Positions 50,101 through 62,784 of a stretch of DNA of 64,000 nucleotides are shown piece after piece. Within the stretch, counting starts at the first letter, position 1; each line of letters opens with the position of its first letter. The stretch spans positions 97,526,001 to 97,590,000 of the forward strand of contig CM052816.1 in assembly GCA_028534125.1 (NCBI GenBank). Direction: 5' to 3'. The position numbers were made by a program, and so were the translations under genes. The notes beneath the pieces were generated by a model that worked only from the letters and a program-made list of their open reading frames with translations, was not told where the DNA came from and did not search any database. This DNA is from Lama glama. Lineage: Eukaryota.

Positions 50101-52810
50101 ATTATGTTTTACTGTATGTTGATAGCTTTTGCTTTAATTACTCATGATGCGCATGCATCACATTAAAAATAACCACAAAAGTAACAGTCCTGATGTATTT
50201 TGAGAGGCATATGTCCATCTGACAAGGCGACCAGGAGAAAGCATCTTGTCCGTGGTCTCCAGTTCAGCCCTTCTCAGATCTGTGACCATCACTAAACCTA
50301 ACCCGCCCTTGCCTAATTGCCGCTGTCCGCCTGATGATACTGCAATGCTGAATGGATTGTAAATACGCACTCATTATTGTCAAGGGTCTGTTTTGTATCC
50401 TTTATTGTATGTTTTCCTTAAACACCTATATTTGCCGAGTATCCATTACATATGTGCCAGGCCTTTGCTAATATTAAAACAAAACAAAAAATGGAGACCA
50501 TGTAAAAGTCCAGTTGGCAACACTTCCTCAGTCTGAGCACGAAGTTCCCTGATAATTGATCAACAAATAGAACTTCCTTGGAAAGACAGTTTGGCACATC
50601 CCCATTTCCAAAGTTTGACATCGTAATTGTTATAACTACAGTAATAATGATTTTAGTAATTTAATAATAATCATATGTAATAATTGTTTTAGCAATTAAA
50701 ATAATTCTATAATGTAATAATTTTAATATAATAATAATGATGGTAATAATTCAAAAGAGTTGAAAGTTGTGAGATGACAAATCAGAGTGCTGAATTTTGT
50801 TCTGGGGTCGTGATTTGCTCAAATTCTTTTTCTATTTTTATATGGGCTTTTTTGTTTCAGTTCTTTTCTTCTTTTTTTTCTGGAAAGTGCAGCTGAGCAC
50901 AACTAGGTCAAGATAGTTAAAAAGGAAATCATTTTAGCCATTTAGCTAGCAAATCTGTTCAGTGAATTCACTGCTGTCAAAAATGTTGTGTAATACCAGT
51001 GCTTAAAAGTACGTAGTATTTTGAATTTGATTTCTTGGAACAAAATCCAGGTGGGGAAGAGGTCCCCACTGCCTTCTGTTTTAAATTGTTCTGTTTTAAC
51101 TCATCTGTTTTCAAATACCGTCACTTTATTAATGTCACGCGTCGATGTGCAAATTATATTAACGAGAATCCCTGTTCATTTAGAGTAACTTTCTCTCGGA
51201 ATCATTTATCAAAAAGTGACTCCTCCAGATGATTTAATCGACTTCCACTGTAAGCTGCACTGTCGTACCGTTATTTTCATAAAGAAAGTTATATTTGAAA
51301 GAAATGTATTTGAAAAAACTGACAGAATTCTCCACCTGGGAGATTTCAGATCACACAGCTCTTTGGGGCTGTGCTCTTGGAGATGTGGGCATCTAGGTAC
51401 ATTTTGCAATAAAAAAAGATAATTAGAAACATCACAAAATCATCATGTATTTGAGCTGACTGGAAGCAATGCTTTGTTCTCCTTCTCTCCTGCACTCGGG
51501 GATATTAACCTTCAGAATATTTCCCGGCAGATCAAAGTCATTACTTTTAGAGAAAAGGCCGGTTCGGCGAAGCCGCGCGGCACGGCTCTGTATTTCTCAC
51601 CCAGTGATGCGGGCTCTGGGTGGAGCGGGAGGCTGGGAGGTGAGTCAAACACTGTCCAGTCTGGTTAGGGGGAGACGGGCCTCCGGCACCACACAGCTGC
51701 CGAAAAGCCGCCCCCAAGGCCCGGCCTGCACCGCGTGGCGTGTCTGAAACACTGAACAGGCCAGGAACCGACTACAGCAGAGAGGGGACGAGCACCCACA
51801 AATTCCAGGAGAACAAAAAGGCCCCAACGCCTTCAGGAAACACTGGGCTCCTTGAAAAGCTGTGCAAGCGGACCGGGTGCAGGAGGTGGGGATGTGGAGG
51901 CGAGACCAAGAGAAAGCTGCGGAGCCCTTGGACTCTTGGATGAGCTGGTGCTGTCAATGTCCGATTTCTAAAATGCACTTGAAGACTCCAGACAACAGTG
52001 AGCAGGTCAGTGGCAAGCGCAGCACATCACTGCTGAGGTGTAAGATCACCTCACGGGCATCAGTCATACCTGTACTTAGCCTGATACACACGGAAACTTT
52101 TCATCGCTAACCAGATCCAGTGAAGCCCCCGAGGGTGTTCTGTTAGGTCCCCAGGGTTGCTCCCATGATCCTGGGAGGCCATGACCCTCGCGCGCTGCAG
52201 CCTGTGACCCCATGGCCAGCAAGTCCAAGGCTGCCTGCATCGCAGCTGTTTCCAGATGTGCTCGTCCACCCGAGCCTCAGTCCTCCCCTTCTCAGAGGGT
52301 GGCCTTGCTCTGGTACGTGCCCCTGGATGTGTTTCCCAGGCTGTCCCTGGTCGCTGATTCTCCGTGTGGTGCACACTTCCATCCCGGGCTCCCCACTCCA
52401 GGTGCGCCCAGACCATCTCCCACCTGGTGACCACACCTGGCACAGCCTCCTCGTAGGGATCTGGAGAAGCAGACCCTGGCGAGGCCACACCTGATGGGCT
52501 CTGTAGCACTATTGTAAGTCTATACGGGGCCTTTGAATTTAATGAAGAATAAGGGTTACAGAAAGGGCATAACATGCGAGAAAAATGTACGAACTATAGA
52601 CTCCAAAGGAGTGTTCCTTAAGTCAATGAAAAAGGCCAAATCTAAAAGGCCAAATAGAAGTCAGACCATGTCCAGGGACCCCTGTGCTTCGCTCACTGCT
52701 GTCGTGTCCGCCTCTGGCAGAGGGCGCTCCCCACCAGACCGCACAGAGGTGTGCACTCTTGCCCACCAGGCGGGTCAAGGACAAAGGAAGCGCCAGCAGA
52801 AGTTTTCCCA

Positions 52811-53050
52811 TGTAGCGGGTTGAATTGTGTCCCCTGCACAAAGATGTGCCCAAGTCCTACAACAGAGGCAGGGGCTGGAGCGATGCTACCAAATGCCAGA
52901 AATGCCGAGAGTCATCAGGAGCTGGAAGAAGCAAGGAGGGAGTGTTCCCTTGGAGCCTTCAGAGGGAGCGTGGTCCTGACGGCACTTTGATTTCAGGCTT
53001 CTGGACTCCGAAACTGTAAGAGAATACATTTCTGTTGTTTACAGCCACAC
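52811..53050 (+). mobile_element. MLT1B/C-like MaLR LTR (internally deleted)
   Basis: tgtagcgggttgaattgtgtcccc...caggagctggaagaagcaagg...gagccttcagagggagcgtggtcctgac...aaactgtaagagaatacatttctgttgttt. Confidence 0.85.
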
Positions 53051-53109
53051 TTCTTAACTCTAACAATTTTACTAAATGCATTTTTACTATATATATGAAC
53101 ATATATATA

Positions 53110-54290
53110 TTTTCTGTAGATCTACATGTGTATTATCTGCCAATGTTTACTTTTACTTCTTCCTTTCCGAATGTCCTGCGTCTTGTCTTGTCTTTCCTCA
53201 CTGCGGAGGCTAGGACCAGAAGTGGTAACAGGAAGGTCCCTTGCTTGTTTCTTAACTCAGAAAGAATGTTTAAACAGCTTGTCATTTAAATGATATTTGC
53301 CTTTTAAGTAAACTAATTTTTACTACAGTGTTTTTTAAAAAATATATATCTTTATGAGATTAAGGGAATTCCTTTCTAGTACTATTGTATGAAAGTTTTT
53401 TAAAAAATCGTAGAAGAATGCTGACTGTTACATAACACATCATAACACATTTCCTGCACCTACTGAGAGGATTATGCTGTTTTCGTCTTTGATTCTATTT
53501 CTGTAGCAAATTACAGTATTGATTTTGAATGGTAAGGGCTTTGCACTTCTGTAATAAATCCAATTGATCACGGTATATTATCACATATATATTTACGTGT
53601 CAGTACGTATTTGTATATGTGACATCATGACCAGTATTCATATATATCACATATATATTCATATATATTCAATATTCATATACATTTAAGATTTCTAAAA
53701 TCATGTTTTAAAATATTATTCTTTTAAAATATCTGTACACATCAAAAACCAAAGATTTTAAAACCTGGATGTATGTGTTATAGATAAATATTTCCTTCTT
53801 CCATTTTGGGGAAGGAATTGTATAAAATTGATGTTCTTTCTTAAATATCGGATAGAATTTACTGGTGGTGCCGTTTTGTCTGGAACTTCCCTCATCACTT
53901 TGGTACTCTGTGTCTTTTATGAATGTGTCTATTATGTCCAACTGTTAAATTTACTAGAGCTGTTCACAGCATCCTCCTGTGATTTTTTAAGTATGTGTAG
54001 ACCTGTAGTGAGTTGCCTTTCCATTTCTGATACTGGCCTGGGGAGTCATGCCTGCCGTCTTGTTTTCTTCTCCAGTTTTGCTATGATTTATCAATTTCAT
54101 TCATCTTTCTAAAGAAGCAGGTTTGTCCTGGCTGCCCGTGCCTGCTCTGTGTGTGTTCTTAGCTCATAGATCTCTGCTCCTCTCTCTACTATCTCTTTGC
54201 TTCTAATATCTTTTGGTTAATTTTCAGTTCTTTTTGCAACTCTTTGGGATGGATGTTTAGATCACTGACAGTCTTTGTTCTTCTTTAAAT
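53110..54290 (-). mobile_element. Old L1M ORF2 remnant
   Basis: ttttacttcttcctttccga...gagattaagggaattcctttctagt...gaaggaattgtataaaattgatgttctttc...atgtttagatcactga. Confidence 0.75.
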
Positions 54291-56139
54291 ACAGTGAGAA
54301 CCCACTCAAGCCGACCAGCTAGAGGGCATGACCTCAGCGGCACACTGGAAAGTACTGTTCTGGTGATGTTCAAAAAATATGATATATAACTAACATTATG
54401 TTTTATAGATACTCTAAGATCATTTCCAAAAAATTAAGTAAACATTCAGAAACACACAGTGGCAACTTGCTGTTGCAATTATAGAGTTCTTTCAATGATA
54501 AATGCAAGATTAAAGTAATTGAAAAAAGGGATTTTATAGAAAGTCAGATGTGCAAGGTGAAGAGCAAAAGAAATTCACAGAGCATCAGTCTCCTGTGTGC
54601 TAGATCAGATAGAAAAATGAGACTTCAACGAATCAAAAAGCCAAGCCATGGGTTTTAGAGGCCAAGGAAGTCTACACTTCTCGGGACATGTGATGCTGGT
54701 TTCATCATTCAAGTTCACGTCCATAAGACCTCCTGCTGAAAGTCAAGCCACGTTGCTGATGGTATCACAAGGCTTTCTCTCCTAAATGAGCAGTACCCGG
54801 CTAGTTACTTAGCATTCTAGCACCTGATATAAAGCAAAAACTGGGTAATACCTTTCACAATTACACATGAACTGATTTGTATTGACTTGATTTTAATCTG
54901 AAAACAAACAAACAAAAAAGGAGCCTATCAAGTTGACTTTGTTTATAGAGAAGATCAAATTCTTGTTTTTTTGGAGTGTGTATTAAGTGGAAGATTCAAA
55001 AAGACTTCAGACTGCACAAATCAAGTACCACCATCTGGAAAGGGTAAGAAATCTATACCACATTCATCAAAGCTTTTAGCTAGACAAAATGTAACTTTAA
55101 TGTAACTCATTGCAAGTTTGTGGCAAGTGGTTTCAGTCCATTATTGAGCAGATTGTTTGCAGTAGGAGATATTTCTAACTGCTGAGCCATAGCGAAGTTG
55201 GGAACATCTGTGATGAATTTTGAAGGAAAAGTCCTGATGCAATGGCTGGAGGAAATTAGGGATTAAAAAGGTTAACCTTGAGAAATATCTGGAAGCAATG
55301 AATACAGAAACAACAAAAGAAGAAAATGGCATTCCTTAGACTGACAGCTCTCCAGCTGCTCTAATGTAGGACTTAGAAAGCCATGGGTTTTCAATGCGAT
55401 GAAAGTTTCTGTAAGCTGGGGATACACACAGAATAAGGACTATGAGAGGGTGGTCCTCTGTGCGACTGGTCTGCTCTTATAGGAGCTTACAAGGAGGCTG
55501 CAAAGCGCACTGTTATCAGGCGCCCTGTGGGTTCAGAGGCTAAAGTGTGTTAAATCTCTATTCATCTATGCATCTGCTTCACCTGATCATGTGTCCTGAA
55601 TGTCCGGTTAATGGAAGAGTCATACACTTTTGGAAGTGCACCTGTCTTCAAGGAAAGCATATCGTTCTCGTCACACAATTTACAATATCAACAACAACAG
55701 CAAAAAATTTGAAAGAGGGTGACTCATCCTGGGCAAAGCAAAACTGCTATGTGAAGAATCTCCTGGAGAGGAAAATGATGACAGAGGAGTAATGAGGATC
55801 CTGATGACAGCAGGGGTGGGGCTGGGAAAAGAGACAACATGAGGAAAGTGAGCTCAAGATGAAGAGAATGAAGAGGAATATGAGCATCATGATGAAGACC
55901 CAGATGGAGGCTCTGGTGAGGACGGTGATGGGGTGAGTGAGAGAGAACTCAGCAGATGCTAATTAGATCCCTCAGATAAAAGCAGGCGACAAAGGCTGAA
56001 AAACAGTCCAGCTGGACTAAGCAAATCTTGGCTCTCCTCGCTCAGAGTTACCTAGTTCTCCTGAGGAACGTGGTCCCTGCTGAAGTTTGTCAAAGGTCAG
56101 CACAATTTTCCAAAGCCATACAGTGGTACCCAGCCACAT

Positions 56140-56665
56140 CTGAGAAGATTCATTCAACTGTTAATAAAATTTACACAGCAATAGAAATCATATATATGTA
56201 TGTCACATATGTATGTCATATCTCAGTCTTGAAGTTTACAATGAGATACTCAAAACAAAATGTGTATGTATATATATATATATATGGAAGTGACTAACTC
56301 CCAAAACACTGAAGTTTCTAATTAAACAAAGATGTGTATGTATATATAATACCCATGAGTTTTATTTTTAATAAAGGATCCCACGTTGGTAGAAGTGTGA
56401 TAAAACAGGCAATACCATACTATGGTTGTGGGGCTGTAAAGTAATACAACCATTTTGGAAAACAGCTTAGCATCATTTACCAAGAATTTTCACATTTTTA
56501 TTTCTCTTCCCTCATTAGCACTAGTTTAGATGCTTATACTGAGGAAATGATCTGTTGGATCTGCACATAAAAACACGTGTTCAGAGACGTTCATTAGATT
56601 AGTTTGGATATTCGCAAAAGGATAGAGAGAGCCAAAATATTCAAAATCGTTGACTAGTTAAATCG
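56140..56665 (+). mobile_element. L1ME 3' ORF2 remnant with TA-rich complex insertion
   Basis: gttggtagaagtgtgataaaacaggcaataccatactatggttgtggggctgtaaagtaatacaaccattttggaaaacagc. Confidence 0.65.
56223..56265 (+). repeat. 43-bp exact direct repeat, copy 1 (copy 2 at 58030-58072)
   Basis: tcagtcttgaagtttacaatgagatactcaaaacaaaatgtgt is identical at both positions; the flanking bases differ. Confidence 0.97.
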
Positions 56666-56666
56666 G

Positions 56667-57070
56667 TTATATCAGATACAGTTTTTGTTGCACAGCAAAC
56701 CATTCCAAAACTAGTGGCTTAAAATAAAAATCATTTATTCTGCAGTTTGACAGTGTGGGCTGGACCTGGCTTGGCGGTTCTGGTCTCCTCCGCGTTTGCC
56801 TCTCTTGGCTGCTTTGACGTAGCGCCAGGTGCCTCAGTGGGTAAAGCTGGGTTGGCTGGGCTTTTTCTTCACGTGTCTTCATCCCCAGCCCGTTAGCTTG
56901 GGCATCAAAACACACGAGTAGGAACATGCAGAAGTCTTGAAGCCCAGCCTCGGAACTCAAGAAACAGTTACTCCAGTCACATTTTACTGGATAAAGCAAG
57001 TCGCAGTCAGTCCGGATGCAAGAGCGGAGTGATGGGCTCCGCCTCTTGCTGAGAGGCGTCCGTCTTTGCC
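56667..57070 (-). mobile_element. MLT1-family MaLR LTR
   Basis: caaaccattccaaaactagtggcttaaaataaaaatcatttatt...gtcttgaagcccagcctcggaactc...cacattttactggataaagcaagtc. Confidence 0.75.
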
Positions 57071-57377
57071 TTCGACCAGAAAGGGAAGATTCTCCTGCAC
57101 GGCCTCTGGGTCCCAACTGCTAAAATGCCCTGCAGCCGTGAAGACAGCGTAAGTGCATCACACCAGGAGACACCCGCAGCGATGCCGAGTGAGCAGGCAG
57201 GTGCTCGCTGAGTCTACGACATCATGGAGAGTGCATCAAAAACAAGCTCGTTGTACATACAGGACATGATACAGCTGACAGTCAACACGGCTGCCTTTTG
57301 ATGGCAGGGCTATGGAAGACTTCTGTATTCTATCTTATGTTTTGAAAGTTCTAACACAATGTGAGCATTTGTGCATG

Positions 57378-57491
57378 TACACACACACGCACACCCACAC
57401 CCACACACACACACACACACCCCCCTGAGAGAAAAGGCGAACACACTTCAGTTTGCACTATTTCTATACATATACACACACACACACACAC

Positions 57492-57533
<42 letters not shown>
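57378..57533. repeat. Compound (CA)n and (CA)n(TA)n microsatellites
   Basis: Read directly. Confidence 0.95.
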
Positions 57534-57535
<2 letters not shown>

Positions 57536-58029
57536 TTTGTGGCAGCATTGGAGGTGGGTGAGAACATTTTTAAAACACACTTATGGCTGCCTCACTATTT
57601 ACAAAGCAGTCATTTGTTCCTAATTGAGAAGGGGAAAATATTAAATCTACCTAACTGCTTCCATATAATGTGTCACAAAGCCTTTTTAAAAGTTGCGGGC
57701 ACCATCAACAGCACATATAACTAAAACATAAAAAGGAAAACAGACAACGGGGGATTTAATGCAAATAGAATCGATACTTTTCCAATGGACTTGCTGCTCT
57801 AAATATTGTGTGGTTGAATTCCTCCTCGGGGAACACAGAGCAACACATAAGGGCCCAGGGTACCCAATAACCCTGTGACGGGCCAATATGAGAGCAGAGA
57901 GCTTGGTTTAAGGCCTGGAGAGCTAAGAACCACACAGGATACTGTGAAGGGTATTCCGGTTATATAAACCCAAATCACAGGCAGCGCCTAGGGGTCAAAA
58001 AATTACATTGTCAGAGAGGAAGGCTTCAG

Positions 58030-58072
58030 TCAGTCTTGAAGTTTACAATGAGATACTCAAAACAAAATGTGT
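58030..58072 (+). repeat. 43-bp exact direct repeat, copy 2
   Basis: Identical to 56223-56265. Confidence 0.97.
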
Positions 58073-58329
58073 TACAGACAGAAAAACAAAAGCCAGGATC
58101 CCTTAAGTAGGTCACCAAGCCCAGTAACCGCAAAAGAAAAGGCTGGCAGATTGTGCAAGATGAAAATTAAAAACAATTGTGAGACAAAGACAGCACTCCA
58201 AATCTGAAATGCAGCCTGGAGAACACACGTGCGCACTAATGGCAGGTAAGTAATCAGTTATTTGAAATCTAAATATGAACAGATTGCCTGCATACTTCGC
58301 AGTCAAAGGCCTTCAGGCTGGGAGAATTT

Positions 58330-58640
58330 CCTGCTCAGAGCCAACCTCTTCCCTGGAGGCTTCAGAGCAAGCCCTCCGCTGATGGAAGCCCCCCCACCCC
58401 CCGACAGGAGGCCCACAGATAAGGACCAAGAGATAGTGGACACAAAGGACCACTTGTTTGCCTCTAAGGGAACCACTCTGCGTGGTCCTGCAGAGCCCCA
58501 TCCCACCCCCACCAGGTCAGTCCAAGGCCAAACCTCTTAGGGATAATTCAACTCCATTAGCTCATCCCCCTCCCTGTCCTGTTTCCTGTCCCCACTCCCT
58601 GAAGAGCATGTCCTGAGTGAGTCCAGGCCCCATCCATGGC
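58330..58640 (+). mobile_element. Possible LTR16-like ERVL LTR fragment
   Basis: ccctccctgtcctgtttcctgtccccactccctgaagagcatgtcc resembles the LTR16 3' region. Confidence 0.4.
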
Positions 58641-58876
58641 CCCCGGGTGGAGTCTCCCAGACCCCACTGCCTCACCCTGCCTCCTCCAGATGAAAGTCAC
58701 TCCAGAGAGGTCCTCCTGACCTCCAGACCAACACAGCCTGCTCCGTTAAGCGCCCAGAGCATCCTGGGCCTGGCCACACGTTCACGCTCTCTCAGACTGG
58801 TCTTGCCCATCGGGCACTGAGACGCCACCTCTGTTGTCTTAACTCCAGATCTGTGTCTCTGTTCTCCTAATTCACC

Positions 58877-59345
58877 TCTAAAGGGGGGAAAAAGAAAGCT
58901 ACTTTGAAATAAAATTCATATTTTATGACAAGACGAGAAAAATTTAAACACGAAAACATTTCTCTGCCCTTTGGCCTCCTCTCTTGCCCACTGTACATTG
59001 TGTATTTGTGTTACACGTCAACCAACCTTCCCTTTGGGCAGAGACATCTGCTCAACCGTGAAGAGCAGCTTTCTCCCAGCATCAGCAAGACAGCTCCTTA
59101 AAAGATAACATTCCTTTTAGGTCTTGTAAGGAGCTTAGCTCTGGACCGTGTAACTGTCAATAATACATCATTTAGTGTACAGCCCTTTGTCTCAAAAAAC
59201 TTATACAACTGTTTCTTGATTTCCAATGGGTGAATGAGTTCTCAGAGCTTTCTAAGATGCTCTTCCTGGGTTATAATCCTCAAATTTGGCTCAAATAAAA
59301 TATTCCACTTCTTTTTTAGATCAATTGATTAATTTTTCATCCATA
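58877..59345 (+). mobile_element. Cetartiodactyl ERV1-type solo LTR
   Basis: catttctctgccctttggcctcc...ctccttaaaagataacattcc...ctgtcaataatacatcattt...gttataatcctcaaatttggctcaaataaaa (AATAAA 59294-59299)...gattaatttttc. Confidence 0.8.
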
Positions 59346-60449
59346 CTACCAACGAAAACGATCCCTTAGTAATGTTTTCTCTTAATAAAACCTCGCTTGA
59401 AATGATACAAGAATAAGAAAAATGCTCAGAAAGTTGGGAGAAAGTGACAAAAAAGATTGAAAAGGGCTGCCACCCACATGAGTAAAGTCAAGACAAAGCA
59501 TCAATTATTTCTGAGAATAGACCAAACTGAAATCGAAACTTAGTGAGAGGAAACGGTTAGACTGATAAATCAAATTGAAAAAAAAATCAAATGAAGAAAT
59601 GAAAGAAACTATGACAGTTTAGAGAGGGGGAATGAACCATTTTCAAAACACTGAAGCCACTTGACAATTTGGAGAAAAGATGCAGGAACAATAAATAAAT
59701 ATAAACAGACCTGTGGATCTTGCAGCAAAGAGCCATCCACCCCCCACCAAGGGAAGTCACTCACTCCTGTTGAATTGTCCCTGGGCACTTGACTGGGCCA
59801 CTAGATCTTAGTGACAGAAGGATGCAGTTGGAGTGATGAAGGAAGAGTCCAACTTGGGGATGGTGATGGCTAACTTGGACAGCCTCTTGGACCGAATTAT
59901 TTTGTCTCTTGTATAAAAACGTGATGACATATGAAGGCTAAGTTGTCCAGTGTTTATTAACTTTTACTGCAGTTTGGGAATTCCTCCTCTCCACACTGTC
60001 AGTTAACCTTACTTGTGTTACACAGTTGGGAGCATGCGGCTTTTGATTTGAATCATTTATTAAATTACCATACACATGAGAATGATTTTTTTAAACATAT
60101 TGTAGAGATCAAAGGAAATTCTCTTGAAATTAATGTCTCTCAAAATACTTTGGAGAGTCCTCACAAAGTGAATCCCCAAATCTGCAAAACAGAAGGAAAC
60201 TAGCAGGTGAAAAATCACAGGCAGGAGGGAGATTAGATTTTCAGCAAATGTTATCAAAATTATATTTCGAACACAATGCTGTGGAACTGTAAGATACTCT
60301 TCAGATTACCAGAGACAGAAAGAGCTATCTTGTACATATTATATTGCTAACGAGTGAATTGCATGGAGATTTAAAGCAAAACCAGAAAGATTAAGATGCA
60401 TTTCGAAGACAAACATTTCCATTTGTCCTCAATTAATATTTTTAGTACA

Positions 60450-61120
60450 ATTTTTATAGACTTAATTGTTTTAGAACATCTTTAGATTCACAGCAAAATT
60501 GAGCAGAAGGTACAGAATTTTCCTATGTCCCCCTGGCCCCCACACATTCACACACTCCCTTATCAAGAGCCCAGTCGGAGTGGTAGACCTCTTACTACTG
60601 ATGAACCTACACTGATCCATTATAATTACCCAATGTCCACAGTTTACATTAGGGTTCAGTCCTGGTGTTGTATGTTCTACGGGTTTGGACAAAAGTTTAA
60701 TGACATGTGTCCATCACCACAGGATCATACAGAGTATTTCCTCTGCCCTAAAATTTGTCTGCACTCAGCCTGTTCACCCCTCCCCTTTCCCTAGCCCCTG
60801 ACAACCACTGGTATTTGTCCTGTCTCCGTGGTTGTTCCAGAATATCATAGACTGAAATCATACTGTATGTAGCCTTTGCAGATTAGCTTCTCTTACTGAA
60901 TAATGGGCATTTAAGGTTCCTCCATGCATTTTCATGACTTGGTAGCTCATTTCTTTCTAGCACTGACAAATGTTCCGTTGTCTGGATGTACAGAGTTTAT
61001 TTATGTATCCCCTCACCTTGGACGCCATGGCGGTGTCGTGGGTTTTAGCTATTACGAGTAAAGCTGCTCTACACACCTGTGTGCAGGTTTGTAGGTGGGT
61101 GTACGTTTTCTACTCTTTTG
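60450..61120 (-). mobile_element. L1MC1-like 3' end
   Basis: tttagattcacagcaaaattgagcagaaggtacaga...gatgaacctacactga...gtccacagtttacattagggttca...tttaaggttcctccatg. Confidence 0.85.
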
Positions 61121-62532
61121 AGCAAGACCATTTTTTAATAATGAGAATAATAGGAACTAACCTCCTTCACTGGGATGTTGAGAGCATTGCACGGGTTAAC
61201 ACACGTTAGTCTGCTAAACTCAGAGCCTGGTTTATAGTGGGTGGTGAGGAAATGTTAGTTTAATGTGCATATTCTTTATTTCTTCTCTGGCTAAGAGATT
61301 CCCCAGAAGTGTCTGCTTCTCTGAGGGGCAGTACTTCTGGGAGTGGCCTTCCTTGTGTCTACAGGTCACCAGCCGTGGGGCCTCAGGGACACACAGTGAC
61401 GGAAGCACATCGTGCGGGGTGGGCGGTGGGACGGGGTTACTGTCTTTGGTCCTGCCCTGGGGAAGGGGACTCCATCTTGCAGAAAGGCTTAGCATGGTCT
61501 TTGATAAAGGAGCGATCCGAAGGGACAGGAATTTAGAAAGAAAGCTAATGCTGCCCCCGGAGGGTGTGGAAAGTGGACTTTCACACTCGGAGTGTTTTTC
61601 TAGAACTGCAGACCAAGAGCAAGGATTAAAGAACTGTATTAATTTCTTCAAGCGTTTAGAGATCTCTTCTCTATGGTTCTTCTCTGTTATTAACAGTATA
61701 AGGCTCTAAAATTAAACAGGCCTCCCTGTCGTTGGGCAGAGCGACTGCACGGCAATGCCTGGGGGCTGGAGAAACCAGGTCCCCACAGAGGTGTCTTGAG
61801 TCAGAGCCCCAGGGGGCGCCTTCCTGCAGCCAGGAACTCCTGCCCCCCAAGGGCCTGCTGCCGGGAAGACAAGAAGTGCAGGGGCTCTTTCCTGCACTGA
61901 GCCAGGCGCCAAGTTCTGAGTCTGATTTTCAAGAGCATCTGCAGTTTGGCTTAGGCCTCCCCTCAACTTCACTGGCCGTTTTATGACAATGTCCCCTCTG
62001 GTGATTCTGGGTTGCTCTTTTGATGTCCTGCAGGACCTGTGCTCTCACTCTCTTTGGGGTCTTCCCTGGCAGTGCTTCCCCCTCCTGGGATGCCGTGTCC
62101 TCTGATCGCTCAGACCTTCCCACTTTGGGGGGCCGGCTTCTCCGGGCGCCTCCAGGCTCTGGAGCACCCCTCGGGGGCTGAGTCGCCACCACGCCTCTAA
62201 TGTGTTGATGATGTAATGGAGTCAACAAATCATGGTTCGATGATCTAAGAGCACAAAGGCAGACTGGTGTCTGGGATTTATATTTAGAGAAAACAGTAAA
62301 TGCAGGTTTATACGAAGAAAAGCAAATCGGCAGTGACCCGGTAAAGTGCAACAACAACGAAGATGAATTTAGTAATTGCGTGCAGGGACGGTTCAGAGCA
62401 GATAGTTTTACAGCACGTACCAGTAGACATAAATTTTAAAAGAAGCCCAGGTAATCTTTAAATTGCACACATTCTTGGGCTTAGACTGTATGCCCGTACC
62501 TGTCATCAGGGAAGACGTTTGCTCCCGGTGGT

Positions 62533-62732
62533 CAGGGTTTATCAGCTTCAGCCCTGTTGATAGTTGGGCTGGACAGTTCCTGGTGGTGGGGGCTGTCCTG
62601 GGCGTTAGAGGATGTTCAATGCACTGCATGCCAGCTGCTACCCACCCATACATCAGTCTTGACAACCAAAAATGTCTCCAGACGCTGATGGATGTCCCCT
62701 GCGGGAGCAGAACTGCCTGAGGTTGAGAGTCT
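62533..62732. mobile_element. MER20 hAT-Charlie MITE
   Basis: tgggggctgtcctgggcgttagaggatgtt...tgacaaccaaaaatgtctccagac...gtcccctg...gttgaga. Confidence 0.85.
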
Positions 62733-62784
62733 GTAAAATAATGCTGTAAAATAATGCTACTTTCTTACACTACGTGCCACATAA

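Noticed and set aside
50620-50755. (TAA)-rich low-complexity tract
   Set aside because: Degenerate simple repeat with no further structure.
54948-55049. Plus-strand exon-like segment (tttatag ... AGG|GTAAGA) with two open frames
   Set aside because: Peptides unrecognised and no partner exons found.
16900-62760. Scattered 12-16 bp tandem micro-duplications (~16902-16940, ~41826-41851, ~62731-62758) and short palindromes (28159-28173, 53581-53622)
   Set aside because: Ordinary slippage or snap-back events; no periodic array or CRISPR-like repeat-spacer structure.
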